Source of the DNA: Candidatus Saccharicenans sp. | GTDB lineage: Bacteria; Acidobacteriota; Aminicenantia; Aminicenantales; Saccharicenantaceae | Assembly: GCA_017992175.1 (NCBI GenBank) | Contig: JAGOPD010000004.1 | Span: forward strand, 29,477 to 93,476 | Reading direction: 5' to 3' | DNA: 64,000 nucleotides | Shown: piece by piece, positions 16,231-25,704 of the stretch | How positions within the stretch are numbered: position 1 is the first letter of the stretch | Layout of the letters: every line of letters starts with the position of its first letter | The notes under the pieces: generated by a model | The model's database searches: none | Seen by the model: only the letters and a program-made list of their open reading frames with translations | What the model was told of the DNA's origin: nothing | Position numbers and translations under genes: made by a program

Positions 16231-16928
16231 TGATCAGGCTATTTGACCGCCCTGACGACCGGAAGACAACAATTATTCTTCTGGTGACGCCATTTCTATT
16301 AACTTTTTATAGCTATTTTGGCCTGTCACAATTTTATGACGTTCGTTTGGTCAACTACTTCACAGCTTCTTTTTTATCAGGTTTTTACCGGGATTATTAT
16401 AATTTTCTGTCAGCTTTTTTTCTCCTCGGCCTGATTCCCGGCTTGCTGATTAAGCTTGGTTTTAGAGAAAAGCTTAAAACTTATGGCTTAAGGGCGGGAG
16501 ATTATAAATTCGGGCTAAAGGCAGTAGTTTTTTCACTGCCGGTCGTCCTGCTGGCTGCCTGGCTTTCCAGCCGTCAGCTTGATTTCGAGCAGGAATACTC
16601 GGCCTTTGTGGACAACCCTCTTTCCTTTAAGACTTTTATTATCTATGCGGCTGCCTTTTTTATCTATTATCTGGCTTTTGAGTTTTTCTTCCGGGGCTTC
16701 CTCCTTTACGGTTTGAAGCCGGCAGTCGGTCCATTAAATAGTCTGTTGATTCAAACCATTCCCTGCTGCCTGGTTCATATCGGTAAACCCTTAAATGAAG
16801 TTCTGGCGGCCATAGTGGCCAGTCTGATTTTTGGCTATTTAGCTCTGCGGACTGAATCAGTCTGGTATGGGATAATTATTCACTGGCTGGTCGGAGTTTT
16901 TCTGGTGTTATTTATTGGACTGGGGTAA
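16227..16928 (+). CDS. CPBP-family intramembrane glutamic endopeptidase (CAAX protease-like)
   Basis: Polytopic membrane protein with EFFFRGFL (EExxxR-type motif), a conserved HIG region and HWLVGVF. It overlaps the SDR stop. Confidence 0.75.
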   Translation: MMIRLFDRPDDRKTTIILLVTPFLLTFYSYFGLSQFYDVRLVNYFTASFLSGFYRDYYNFLSAFFLLGLIPGLLIKLGFREKLKTYGLRAGDYKFGLKAVVFSLPVVLLAAWLSSRQLDFEQEYSAFVDNPLSFKTFIIYAAAFFIYYLAFEFFFRGFLLYGLKPAVGPLNSLLIQTIPCCLVHIGKPLNEVLAAIVASLIFGYLALRTESVWYGIIIHWLVGVFLVLFIGLG

Positions 16929-17787
16929 TCCGGCTGGCTCTTTTTCTGGCCAGCGCTCCGGCCGTTAATATGGCCAGGAAACCGATAATGATCCCGGCTA
17001 AGATGTCAACCACATAATGATATTGACCATAAACGGTGCTTAAGAAAAAAAGCAGAATTGGGGGCAAAACCAGCCAGAAAGTGCGGCGGCCAGCCTTAAA
17101 GGCCTGATAAATCATAACCATTCCGGCCGCGCAGTGGGCCGAAGGAAATGAGCCGCCGCGGTATTGACCCCAGACTTCCACCTGGTTCATCAGCCACCTG
17201 AAAAAATAACCTGGAGCTGGTTCAATGTCTTTAAAATAAAACCTGGGACTATAAGCAGGAAAAATAATGAAGAGTACAAAGCAGGCCAAATAGGCCAGGC
17301 CTAAGGTAAAAATATATAAATCGGATTGCTGCCGGCCCTTCTGCCTGAAAAGTAAATAGGCCAGAATGACCACTAATGGTAGATAAGCAGCATAAGCCAG
17401 CATCATGACTTCCGTTAACCACGGCCGGTAGAGGCTAACCACCCACCGGTTAGGGCTGACGTCAAAAAGTCTGGCGTCCAGGCCAGCCAGCCAGCTGTCA
17501 TAAGAAGCAGAGGTAATCAATCCCACCAGGCTGCCGGCTAACTTATAAAGATAAGCATAGCCGGCTAAGGGTATAGCCGATAGCCAGAAAGCCAGCTCTG
17601 GCCGGCTTTGATATTTTTGCCTCCAGCCAGGAAGATTCAGGAAAACAAAAATAAGGAATAAGCTAAGCGGTAAAAAATAGACCGCCCGGCTGTGGTGGAG
17701 AAAATAATCAATGACCGCCAGTAAAGAGAAAAAGCTAAGTGACAGCGTTACCAGCCATTCGCTCTCAGACAGCTGACTGTACTTCAC
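16912..17787 (-). CDS. PAP2-superfamily membrane phosphatase / phospholipid head-group transferase-like protein
   Basis: Polytopic membrane protein with PAP2 C2/C3 motifs FPSAHCAAG and QYHYVVD. Confidence 0.7.
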   Translation of the reverse strand: MKYSQLSESEWLVTLSLSFFSLLAVIDYFLHHSRAVYFLPLSLFLIFVFLNLPGWRQKYQSRPELAFWLSAIPLAGYAYLYKLAGSLVGLITSASYDSWLAGLDARLFDVSPNRWVVSLYRPWLTEVMMLAYAAYLPLVVILAYLLFRQKGRQQSDLYIFTLGLAYLACFVLFIIFPAYSPRFYFKDIEPAPGYFFRWLMNQVEVWGQYRGGSFPSAHCAAGMVMIYQAFKAGRRTFWLVLPPILLFFLSTVYGQYHYVVDILAGIIIGFLAILTAGALARKRASRITPVQ

Positions 17788-17811
17788 AGTTTTCCTGCTT
17801 TTTAGCCTGGG

Positions 17812-18231
17812 TCAACTAGCTGACTGATCTTTTACTGTTCTTATTTCAATTTTGGGTGGATGGTGCAAATGGGCCTTAACGGTACATTGATCAGCCGCTT
17901 TGACCACTGCTTCCCGGTATTTGTCTGGAAAACTTTCAGGCAGATGGATATCCATTTTGATATTTTCGACCATTTTGGAGCCAGGGGCTTTCTCCGGTAA
18001 CATGGTCAGATAAACTCCTGCCGGTGAGATCTGTCTCTGTCTTAAAAAAGCCAGAACATAGAAACCCGCACAGGTGGCTAAAGAAGATAGAAAAAGCTCA
18101 AAAGGCGTGGGGGCGGAATCCTGGCCGCCAGCCTGAACAGGCTGGTCAGTCGTAATGGTCCAGCCCCGCCGGCATTCAGCTTTTACTTCGAAACCTTCTC
18201 CAAAGGTAACTTTAATGTCCTGACGGCTCAT
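17812..18231 (-). CDS. OsmC-family peroxiredoxin-like protein
   Basis: OsmC-like core with Cys in LATCAGF and DQCTVKA. Start moved to the ATG at 18231 (SD GAGAGG 6 nt upstream); the track start is 18264. Confidence 0.75.
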   Translation of the reverse strand: MSRQDIKVTFGEGFEVKAECRRGWTITTDQPVQAGGQDSAPTPFELFLSSLATCAGFYVLAFLRQRQISPAGVYLTMLPEKAPGSKMVENIKMDIHLPESFPDKYREAVVKAADQCTVKAHLHHPPKIEIRTVKDQSAS

Positions 18232-18359
18232 GTTGACCTCTCTGAATGTACTTAGAATGATCATTTTACACTATAACCCACAGGGGGCAATAGTCATCCT
18301 GCCAGGCAGGTGCTTATTCTCTCCCCTTGTCTCCCCCGATTTACCCATTCAAATCACCC

Positions 18360-18385
18360 CCTCCGGTGATGACACCAGGTTTTTT
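18360..18385 (+). terminator. terminator-like hairpin plus U-run inside the 5' leader of the OMP gene (possible attenuator)
   Basis: The sequence is CCUCCGGUG-AUGA-CACCAGG followed by TTTTTT, 40 nt upstream of ATG 18426. There is no + strand gene upstream. Confidence 0.35.
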
Positions 18386-18425
18386 ACCATCTATTCTAAA
18401 GCCATGATTGGTCAGGAGGTTTAGA

Positions 18426-19049
18426 ATGAAAAAGTTATTCAGTTATTGTTTGGTAGCTGCTTTTTTGTTTCTTCTGGTCTCCCCTTCTATTTTAAAAGCT
18501 GATGTCCAGTTCGGTCTCAGAGTGGGTGGCAACTCCGCCAAGCTGACCGGGAATGACCTGGAGGATATCGAAGCCACACTTAAAAGTAAAATTGGTTTTG
18601 TTGGCGGTATTTTTCTGGCTTTTAATTTAGGCAAGATGGTGACTATTGAACCTGAAATTCTTTACACCATGAAAGGCGGCACTGTAGAAGATACTACCGG
18701 CGAATACAGCGAAAAAATCTATGGCGATTATCTGGAAATCCCCCTGCTTATCAAAGTTAAGCTTCCCTTAGGCAGTATCAAGCCAGTTATTTTTGCCGGG
18801 CCGGCGGTTGGCTTCAAATTAAAGGAAAAATATGAACTAAATGGCGAGGAACTGCCTCTCGAAGAAAAAATTCTAAAAAATAATGATTATGGAGCTATTT
18901 TCGGGGCTGGACTCGACATTGGACGGCACTTTATGATTGATGTGCGATATAGCCTTGGCCTGCAGAAAATTATAACAGCGGTTGATGAAGGAACGTCGCC
19001 CGACATAAAAAACGGCGTCTGGTCAGCGACGATTGGTATTGCTTTTTGA
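18426..19049 (+). CDS. small outer-membrane beta-barrel protein (porin/OmpA-barrel-like family)
   Basis: Signal peptide, alternating beta-strand pattern and C-terminal aromatic residue (IGIAF). ATG 18426 has SD AGGAGG; the track TTG start at 18408 is rejected. Confidence 0.7.
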   Translation: MKKLFSYCLVAAFLFLLVSPSILKADVQFGLRVGGNSAKLTGNDLEDIEATLKSKIGFVGGIFLAFNLGKMVTIEPEILYTMKGGTVEDTTGEYSEKIYGDYLEIPLLIKVKLPLGSIKPVIFAGPAVGFKLKEKYELNGEELPLEEKILKNNDYGAIFGAGLDIGRHFMIDVRYSLGLQKIITAVDEGTSPDIKNGVWSATIGIAF

Positions 19050-19160
19050 GCAGCTGAATAAGTGATGAGTCGCCAGCCGCTGGTCAGGATTAGATGCTTT
19101 TTTGCCTGGACTAAGGAAAGCAGCCAGCAGGCTGGAAAACAGATAAACGAAAGTTGGTGT

Positions 19161-19213
19161 CCGGTTCTTCCCTCTTTCCCCCCGGCGAGGGAAGAGCCGG
19201 CTCCTTATTTTTT
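19161..19213 (+). terminator. intrinsic terminator of the OMP gene
   Basis: 14 bp stem ccggttcttccctc / gagggaagagccgg (one G-U pair), 12 nt loop, then CTCCTTATTTTTT. Confidence 0.7.
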
Positions 19214-19365
19214 CAGGGTTCCTGTCAAGCCTCAGTTTCAGGCAACTTATCAACCAGAAGTTACCTGATACGATTCTGTCTGGTTCACTCTAAGTTAATG
19301 GCCAATCCCTGATAATCAGAAATAATCGAGAACGTCTTTTTTATTTTTAACCCGGTCTAAAGGCT

Positions 19366-21336
19366 TCAGCTGCTGAGATAGGCCAGAGCCTGGTCAATAG
19401 CCTGATGATTGCCGACCAGAACCAGAACATCATGTCCCTGAAGACGGAAATCAGCGCCAGGCCCGCTCCAGGTTTTCTCATTTCTGACTACAGCTATAAC
19501 AGTCACGCCTGTCTTGCCTCGCAAATCAATTTCGCCCAGGGTCTTACCGGCTATAGAGGCTGTTTCCGGCACCAGAAAAGTCTCGACCACTCCTGCTTCC
19601 AGGAAATCATAAATTTTTTCATCAAGACGGCGGGATGATGATCTGGCACCCCGTAAAAGCCCATAATGTTCGCTCCTGAGGATCTGAACCTGGGTATTGA
19701 TGATATTTCTTGGCAGATGGAATTTTTCCAGGACCCGGACAAATATTTCAATTGAGGTCTCGAATTCTTCCGGAATGACATCACTGGCCCCAAGCGTATA
19801 GAGCTCTTCTATCTCGGAAGCAAATCTTGTCCTGACGATAATAAAAATCTCAGGGTTAAGTTGCCGGGCCAGGCTGACCGCCCGTCTGGTAGCTCGCGGG
19901 TCATTAAGGGCGATAACCAGAGCTTTGGCCCTGTCTATCCCCGCCTCCTTTAGAATTACAGAACTGGAGGCATCACCAAAGATAATTGGCTCTCCTGCCC
20001 GGGAAATCCGGCGATAGGTATCTGGATTAAGATCCAGAATGACATAAGGAATGCCTGTCTCTTTCAGTACTCTGGCCAGATTCTGACCGTTGAGTCCGAA
20101 ACCGGCAATAATAACCTGGTTGACAAGAATGGCCGGTTCGACACCTGATTTTTCTGGCCTCTGGCCGCTCTGGTATTTAGAGCCAACTCTATCAGCCAGA
20201 CGCGGTCCTAACTCTACCAGAAGAGGCGTAGCCAGGATGGTCAAAATTGAAGAAGCAATGAACACCTGGAAACCCTGGCCGGCCAGGAAACCGTTTTCCC
20301 GGCCGACATTGGCCAGAACGAATGAAAACTCGCCGACCTGAGCCAGGCCAAAAGCCGCCAGGAGAGAAGATCTGGGATCAAAGCTGAGCAGCCTGACTGT
20401 AAAAAAGACAGTTATGACCTTAATTAGAAGGATGCCGGCCACCACCGCCAGAACCAGACCCAGAAGACTCCAGACTATCTTAGTGTCAAGAAGCATGCCT
20501 ATGGAGACAAAAAAGAGGCTGTTGAAAACGTCCTTGAAAGGAAGGATATCAGACACCACCTGATGGCTATAATAAGACTCCGATATAATCATACCAGCCA
20601 GAAAGGCACCCAGGGCTAAAGATAGACCGAGGGAAGCGGTCAGGTAAGCCATGCCCAGGCAGGCAAATAAGGAAGAAAGGAGAAAAATTTCCTTTATTCT
20701 GGTACCAACAATCATCGAAATTAAGGCCGGCATAACCTTTCGGGCCAGCAGGAAAACAGCCGCCACGGCCGCCACACTTAGAATGAGATGTTTGCCCACG
20801 GTCAGAAGAGAAACAGTCTGAAGGTTAGCCAGAACCGGGACCAGAGCCAGCATTGGAACTAAAGCTATGTCCTGAAAAATTAGAATCCCAAAAGAAACCT
20901 GCCCCTGAGGAGAATCAAGCTGATTTTTATCGGCCAGAATTTTCAAGACGACGGCAGTTGAGCTCAAAGCCACCAAAAAGCCATCGAGAATCGCTTCCTG
21001 CAACCTTATTCGCAAAAGCATACTCAGGACGGCCGTCAAGCCGATGGTAAGGAGAACTTGCAGGCTGCCACCCAGCCAGAAATACCGTTGAATTTTTTGG
21101 AGCCTGTCCAGCGAAAACTCAAGACCGATGGTGAACAGCAGCATCATGACTCCAACTTCAGCCAGGGCATTAATCGCTTGAAGGTCCTTGACCAGACCAA
21201 ATCCTCCAGGGCCAAGAATTATACCGGTAATCAAAAAGCCAACTACGGCTGGTATTCTTAACCGGTGGAAGATAAAAATAACAAGAATAGAGGCAGCCAG
21301 GACAGTCAGGAGTTCGGCCATCAGAAACAGATTCAT
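19366..21336 (-). CDS. Kef-type monovalent cation:proton antiporter (CPA2) with C-terminal TrkA-N and TrkA-C (RCK) domains
   Basis: ~12 TM Na+/H+-exchanger-like region, Rossmann motif IIAGFGLNGQNLA and a C-terminal TrkA-C-like segment. 656 aa. Confidence 0.85.
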   Translation of the reverse strand: MNLFLMAELLTVLAASILVIFIFHRLRIPAVVGFLITGIILGPGGFGLVKDLQAINALAEVGVMMLLFTIGLEFSLDRLQKIQRYFWLGGSLQVLLTIGLTAVLSMLLRIRLQEAILDGFLVALSSTAVVLKILADKNQLDSPQGQVSFGILIFQDIALVPMLALVPVLANLQTVSLLTVGKHLILSVAAVAAVFLLARKVMPALISMIVGTRIKEIFLLSSLFACLGMAYLTASLGLSLALGAFLAGMIISESYYSHQVVSDILPFKDVFNSLFFVSIGMLLDTKIVWSLLGLVLAVVAGILLIKVITVFFTVRLLSFDPRSSLLAAFGLAQVGEFSFVLANVGRENGFLAGQGFQVFIASSILTILATPLLVELGPRLADRVGSKYQSGQRPEKSGVEPAILVNQVIIAGFGLNGQNLARVLKETGIPYVILDLNPDTYRRISRAGEPIIFGDASSSVILKEAGIDRAKALVIALNDPRATRRAVSLARQLNPEIFIIVRTRFASEIEELYTLGASDVIPEEFETSIEIFVRVLEKFHLPRNIINTQVQILRSEHYGLLRGARSSSRRLDEKIYDFLEAGVVETFLVPETASIAGKTLGEIDLRGKTGVTVIAVVRNEKTWSGPGADFRLQGHDVLVLVGNHQAIDQALAYLSS

Positions 21337-21501
21337 CTAAGCTGCTTTCCCAGAAATTAAAGATTTCTTTATATTAATTATAATAATTTCCAGCATCTGA
21401 CAAGTTGAATTCTGGCTGTTGGTTAGACTCTATCTCGAGGCAGGCCTCTCCAACCCTCCAGCCACCGGAGATTACGGGTTAGCCCTGAATGAGCCCTTAA
21501 T

Positions 21502-21531
21502 TTGACAAAAGGCAGCCATAATAAATATTAT
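21502..21531 (+). promoter_or_regulatory. possible sigma-70 promoter for OMP gene 21569
   Basis: TTGACA (21502-21507), 18 bp spacer, TATTAT (21526-21531). Confidence 0.4.
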
Positions 21532-21568
21532 TAAAGTTTAGAGGTCTTGGTTACAGGGGGAGGTAAAA

Positions 21569-22240
21569 ATGAAAAAAACAGCCATTTTTTGTCTGGCTCT
21601 GGCCTTGATCTTGCTTTCGGCCCCGCCAGCTCAAGCCCTGATTGGCTTTGGAATTAAGGGTGGAATCAATAACTCAAAGATATTGTTTAGCCCTTCGGAT
21701 AGCTTTTCCAATCAGGACTACCGGCGGGGGGCAAGTTTTGGTGTCTTTTTTACTTTTAACCTGGGCCGCCTCGGACTGCAGCCAGAAGTTCTTTATTCGA
21801 GGCGCGGCCTGGATTTTGAAATGCTAATAACTCCACCAATTGGAGCTGACCCTACTGCTTATTTTGCTCCCTGTACAGCCAGGCTGGACTATATTGAAAT
21901 CCCTGTTTTAGTCAGGCTGAATATAATTCCCTTAGGGCCGGTTAAAGTTTATGCTTTTGGCGGTCCTTCCTATGGTATTTTATTGAAGGCTAAGCTGGAC
22001 ATCACCACCGGGGGACAAACTGATACCGAAAATATCAAAAGTGATTTTAAGGATTCGGCCCTGGCTATCGTTGGCGGACTGGGAGTAGATCTAAAAATAC
22101 CTCTGCTCTTCAGGGTAACACTGGAAGCCCGCTATCATTATGGGCTGGATAACATTCTATCTGACACTTCCAGCTGGCTGGAGATGACTGACAAAGCCAG
22201 AAACAGCGGTTTTTCAATCATGGCCGGCCTCAGTTTTTAG
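21569..22240 (+). CDS. small outer-membrane beta-barrel protein (same family as 18426..19049)
   Basis: SD GGGGGAGG, signal peptide, shared motifs with 18426..19049 (GIKGG.N.SK, QPE.LYS.RG, YIEIP.L.) and C-terminal MAGLSF. Confidence 0.7.
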   Translation: MKKTAIFCLALALILLSAPPAQALIGFGIKGGINNSKILFSPSDSFSNQDYRRGASFGVFFTFNLGRLGLQPEVLYSRRGLDFEMLITPPIGADPTAYFAPCTARLDYIEIPVLVRLNIIPLGPVKVYAFGGPSYGILLKAKLDITTGGQTDTENIKSDFKDSALAIVGGLGVDLKIPLLFRVTLEARYHYGLDNILSDTSSWLEMTDKARNSGFSIMAGLSF

Positions 22241-22387
22241 TTAGCCCGGCAAATATTTAATTGAAGAGCAAGCAGCCAGGCAGCCTGACCGCGTTTTCCA
22301 GCTATCAAGGTTACGGCCTGTTTCCTCAGAATTCAATCAGTCTAATTCTTTTCATTCTATCCAAAAATCCCTTGCTGATTCATAATT

Positions 22388-22408
22388 CTTTTGTATAAAA
22401 TACAAAAG
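22388..22408. promoter_or_regulatory. perfect 21 bp palindrome; candidate operator upstream of the CBM9/DUF5916 gene
   Basis: The site is cttttgtat-aaa-atacaaaag (9 bp arms). It overlaps a possible -10 (TATAAA) that is preceded by TTGCTG at 16 bp. Confidence 0.45.
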
Positions 22409-22450
22409 GGTTTACCAAAATCTAATATTTTTGACGAAATTGAGAAGCTT

Positions 22451-24595
22451 ATGTTTTTCAGCCATGATAACAGATTCTATTATCTTAAAATCTTCCTTAC
22501 AGTCTTTGGCCTGGCGGGAATTATACTTTTAGTTCCTCTCCTGTCTCCAGCTCAGGAAAAAAGCAAGGTCCTGAGCGTCCAGAGATTAGCTCAGCCTCCA
22601 AAAATTGACGGCTGGCTCAATGATGAGGCCTGGCAGGCTATTCAGCCGGTTGGTGATTTTGTTCAGTATGACCCGGTTAACGGAGCTCCAGCCTCAGAAG
22701 AAACACTGGTCTGGGCAGGTTATGATGACCGATATATTTACTTCGGTTTTAAACTGAAAGATTCCAGGCCAGAAAAAATCTGGGCTGAGCTAACCCCCCG
22801 CAATGAATTTGAAAACAATGATTCTATTACCGTCATACTTGACACTTACCATGACGGCCGGACCAGTATCAGCTTTACCCTTAATCCAAAAGGAGTCCAG
22901 GAAAACTCGGTTGAAACTATCTGGAAATCTGAAGCCAGGATTAATGACGATGGCTGGTCAGCGGAGATGGCCATTCCCTTCAAATCCCTGCGTTTCTCTT
23001 CGGCTCCGGAACAAGTCTGGGGAATCAATTTCAGGCGTTATGTTCACCGGCTAAATGAGACCGATTACTGGACGGCAGTCAGCCGCGATTTACCCCAGCT
23101 GCAGCAAATGGCCGATCTCCAGGGGCTTGCCGGGATAAAATCAGGGCATAACCTTGAAATCTTCCCCTATGCCGGTGTCCGTTCGACTCGCTGGGCTGGC
23201 GAAAAAGATGATAAGCTGGCAGTTGGAGCTGATCTTAAATACGGGATAAAGCCGAATCTTTACCTGGATGTGACCGCCAGCCCTGATTTCAGCCAGGTCG
23301 AATCCGATCCATTCATTTACCAGCTTTCCCCTTATGAAAGATACTTCAGCGAAAGGCGGCCTTTCTTCAATGAAGGCAGCCAGTATTTCCGTCTGGCCAC
23401 AGAAAACGGATATGACCTGTCAACTGAGGCCAGGCTTTTCTATTCGCGGCGGATCAGCGATCCAAGACTGGCCGCTAAAATTTCGGGCAAAACCGGTGGC
23501 TATTCTTTTGGCCTGCTGGGAGCCTTAAATAAGGAAGAGTACGGCACTTCAGAATTTGGGGTGGTTAGAATTACCAAAGATATTTTCAAAAATTCTCAAA
23601 TAGGTATCTATTATACAGGTGCCGGCGGCGAGACCAGTACCAATCACAATCTGGCCACTGATTATAGCTTCAATTTCAAAGATATTTATTATTTGCGCGG
23701 CGCTCATGTTTTTTCTTTTAACTCCCAGGGAGGAAATGACCGTAACGGGCTTCACTTAGTTCAGTTTAACCGTGAACCTGATGCCGGCCTGCAACTGAAT
23801 CTGGGCTTCGAAAGAATAGAAGACAAAGTTAATCTGCAAGCAGGCTACCTGGACCGGGTCGATTTTCAGTCCTGGCATTCGATGGTAGGTTATGCCTGGA
23901 GGTTCAACCGGGGAACCGTTCAGAGAGTCAGCTGGGATCTAACCGGGACGCTCAGCCAGGATTCCCATGGACAGAAGGTGGCTGACCGGGTTGAATTGAT
24001 GATGTTCTGGAATTTGTTTAACCGGATTGATTTTCATTATGGTTTTTTCACCGGCAAAAATCAGTATCAGTTATTAACGCCCTCAGAAGAGCTGGTCTGG
24101 AATGGCAGCTTTTTAAAAAATTATGGTGGACATTTTGATTTTGGCTGGGAACGTGGCGGATTTCTGAAAGAAATTGACCTGGAAGCCGGCTGGGAAAAAA
24201 GAGGCATCTATAATGATGAATTCACTGCCATCAACCCCGGCACCGAGTTTACCCTGGAAAGCTCTGTGTCTTTAAGACCGCGCAGCAACCTCGAGCTGTC
24301 GGCCGGGGCTGATTGGATAAGTCAGAAGATATCCTCAACCGGTGAAATTGTTTTCGAGGGTTTAACTTACGAAGCCTCTATTCATTATCAGCTGACCAGA
24401 GAACTCTTCTTAACCACCAGGCTTCTCGGCGAGACCAGAGAGGATCAATATAATTTTGATTTTCTGGTTGGCTACTATTTTGGGGCAGGGAATATTGTTC
24501 AACTCAGCTTCAAAAAAAGCCAGAGAAAAGAATTCTTAGAGACTGAACAGGGACACTCTTTTACTCTTAAACTTTCTTATCTTTTCCGCTTGTAG
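22451..24595 (+). CDS. CBM9-like carbohydrate-binding domain + DUF5916 outer-membrane-associated protein
   Basis: Signal peptide after ATG 22451, the IDGWLNDEAW motif typical of CBM9/DOMON-like modules, and a long beta-rich C-terminal region ending in an aromatic residue. Confidence 0.65.
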   Translation: MFFSHDNRFYYLKIFLTVFGLAGIILLVPLLSPAQEKSKVLSVQRLAQPPKIDGWLNDEAWQAIQPVGDFVQYDPVNGAPASEETLVWAGYDDRYIYFGFKLKDSRPEKIWAELTPRNEFENNDSITVILDTYHDGRTSISFTLNPKGVQENSVETIWKSEARINDDGWSAEMAIPFKSLRFSSAPEQVWGINFRRYVHRLNETDYWTAVSRDLPQLQQMADLQGLAGIKSGHNLEIFPYAGVRSTRWAGEKDDKLAVGADLKYGIKPNLYLDVTASPDFSQVESDPFIYQLSPYERYFSERRPFFNEGSQYFRLATENGYDLSTEARLFYSRRISDPRLAAKISGKTGGYSFGLLGALNKEEYGTSEFGVVRITKDIFKNSQIGIYYTGAGGETSTNHNLATDYSFNFKDIYYLRGAHVFSFNSQGGNDRNGLHLVQFNREPDAGLQLNLGFERIEDKVNLQAGYLDRVDFQSWHSMVGYAWRFNRGTVQRVSWDLTGTLSQDSHGQKVADRVELMMFWNLFNRIDFHYGFFTGKNQYQLLTPSEELVWNGSFLKNYGGHFDFGWERGGFLKEIDLEAGWEKRGIYNDEFTAINPGTEFTLESSVSLRPRSNLELSAGADWISQKISSTGEIVFEGLTYEASIHYQLTRELFLTTRLLGETREDQYNFDFLVGYYFGAGNIVQLSFKKSQRKEFLETEQGHSFTLKLSYLFRL

Positions 24596-24621
24596 CCCTG
24601 GTTGAGTGGTTGCCGGGAAGA

Positions 24622-25548
24622 TCAATAAGCAACCAGAAATAAAGTATCAACCACTTTTTCCGGGAAATAAGTTCCCCGCAGGCGCCGGATGTCTTCCAGC
24701 GAAGAGATTTCTTCCGGCCCGATTCTAACTTTACCCTGCTGGCTGAGTTTGAGATAAAGCTCGGCCGCAGCTATAATTGAAGCCCCCAGAGGAATGACTG
24801 CCAGGCTTTTTTCCAGTTCATTAGCTTTCTGGCGGTAATGGACGAAATAAGTCTGAAGGACGGGTTGAACCTCATCCAGAATAAGGGCTGCTGTCTTGAG
24901 CATGATTTTTTCCCGGTCAGTCAGATTATTTTGAACGAAGTTCTCTTCGTTCATTAATCGGGAAGTCTGACTGAAAAGCGGCAGAAAATTTTGAAGCTCT
25001 TGAATGTCGCTCAATAAAGCTGCTGATTTTATATTCTCCACCTCGGCTTTGCTCAAATTCAGGGCCTCCGCAATTTTACCGGCTAAATCTGCTATCTTTT
25101 CGGCCCGTGACTTTCCTTCCTCGCCAACTTCTAAATATTTAAGAACAATGGCCAGAATACCCAGGTAGGCCCTCTTTAAATTTAAAACTTCCCGTTCTGT
25201 TTTTTCACTCAGGGTGCCAACGATCCAGGCCGTCAAAATAAGAAAGACAGCCCAGGAAATCAGAAAAAATAAATCATCCTGGCTTAAGAGAAATTTGACC
25301 CCGATGACTTCATAAGAAAAAACCAGATATAAAGTTTCGAGCAAAATACAGGTAATCGAAATCAGCAGGGCCCGTTTCCGGCCGAGGTAATAACCGGAGA
25401 AAATTACCGGCAGGAAAAAGAAATTAAGCAAAATGAATTTATAATGGACGAAAAAGCCGGCACCCAGAATGACTAAAATGATAATCAGGGCTATAACCGT
25501 TTCCAGCTGCTTGCCTGATAAGCCCTTTTTTCCGGCTGCTGGCATCAT
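24622..25548 (-). CDS. membrane protein with a degenerate HD-GYP-like cytoplasmic domain
   Basis: Four N-terminal TM helices. The C-terminal region parallels HD-GYP landmarks but lacks the metal ligands: AALLSDIQE instead of AALLHDIGK, and no HHE or GYP motif. Confidence 0.45.
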   Translation of the reverse strand: MMPAAGKKGLSGKQLETVIALIIILVILGAGFFVHYKFILLNFFFLPVIFSGYYLGRKRALLISITCILLETLYLVFSYEVIGVKFLLSQDDLFFLISWAVFLILTAWIVGTLSEKTEREVLNLKRAYLGILAIVLKYLEVGEEGKSRAEKIADLAGKIAEALNLSKAEVENIKSAALLSDIQELQNFLPLFSQTSRLMNEENFVQNNLTDREKIMLKTAALILDEVQPVLQTYFVHYRQKANELEKSLAVIPLGASIIAAAELYLKLSQQGKVRIGPEEISSLEDIRRLRGTYFPEKVVDTLFLVAY

Positions 25549-25704
25549 GCCTCCTTGCCCGGTTGATTAGCCCTTGATGAGACTATTCTCTGACCACCTT
25601 ATAGCATGATTCGAGGCCCAGGGTCAACATAAATAATATTTTGTCAAGCCACCCAGAAAATCATTGAGCGGAAGCAACTTAGCCCTTTTCTGGTTCTGAT
25701 CCTC

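Noticed and set aside
19023-19268. Two overlapping small ORFs (76 aa minus, 68 aa plus) in the convergent gap between the OMP and Kef genes
   Set aside because: The region is better explained by the 14 bp-stem intrinsic terminator at 19161-19213. Neither ORF has an SD.
22391-22450. TTG start of track ORF 22391..24595
   Set aside because: The extension covers a promoter-like element and a 21 bp palindrome. The ATG at 22451 is followed by a typical signal peptide.
25603-25620. Sigma-54-like motif upstream of gene 24622..25548 (plus strand agcatgattcgaggccca)
   Set aside because: The GG-to-GC spacing is one base too long, and spacing is strict for -24/-12 promoters.
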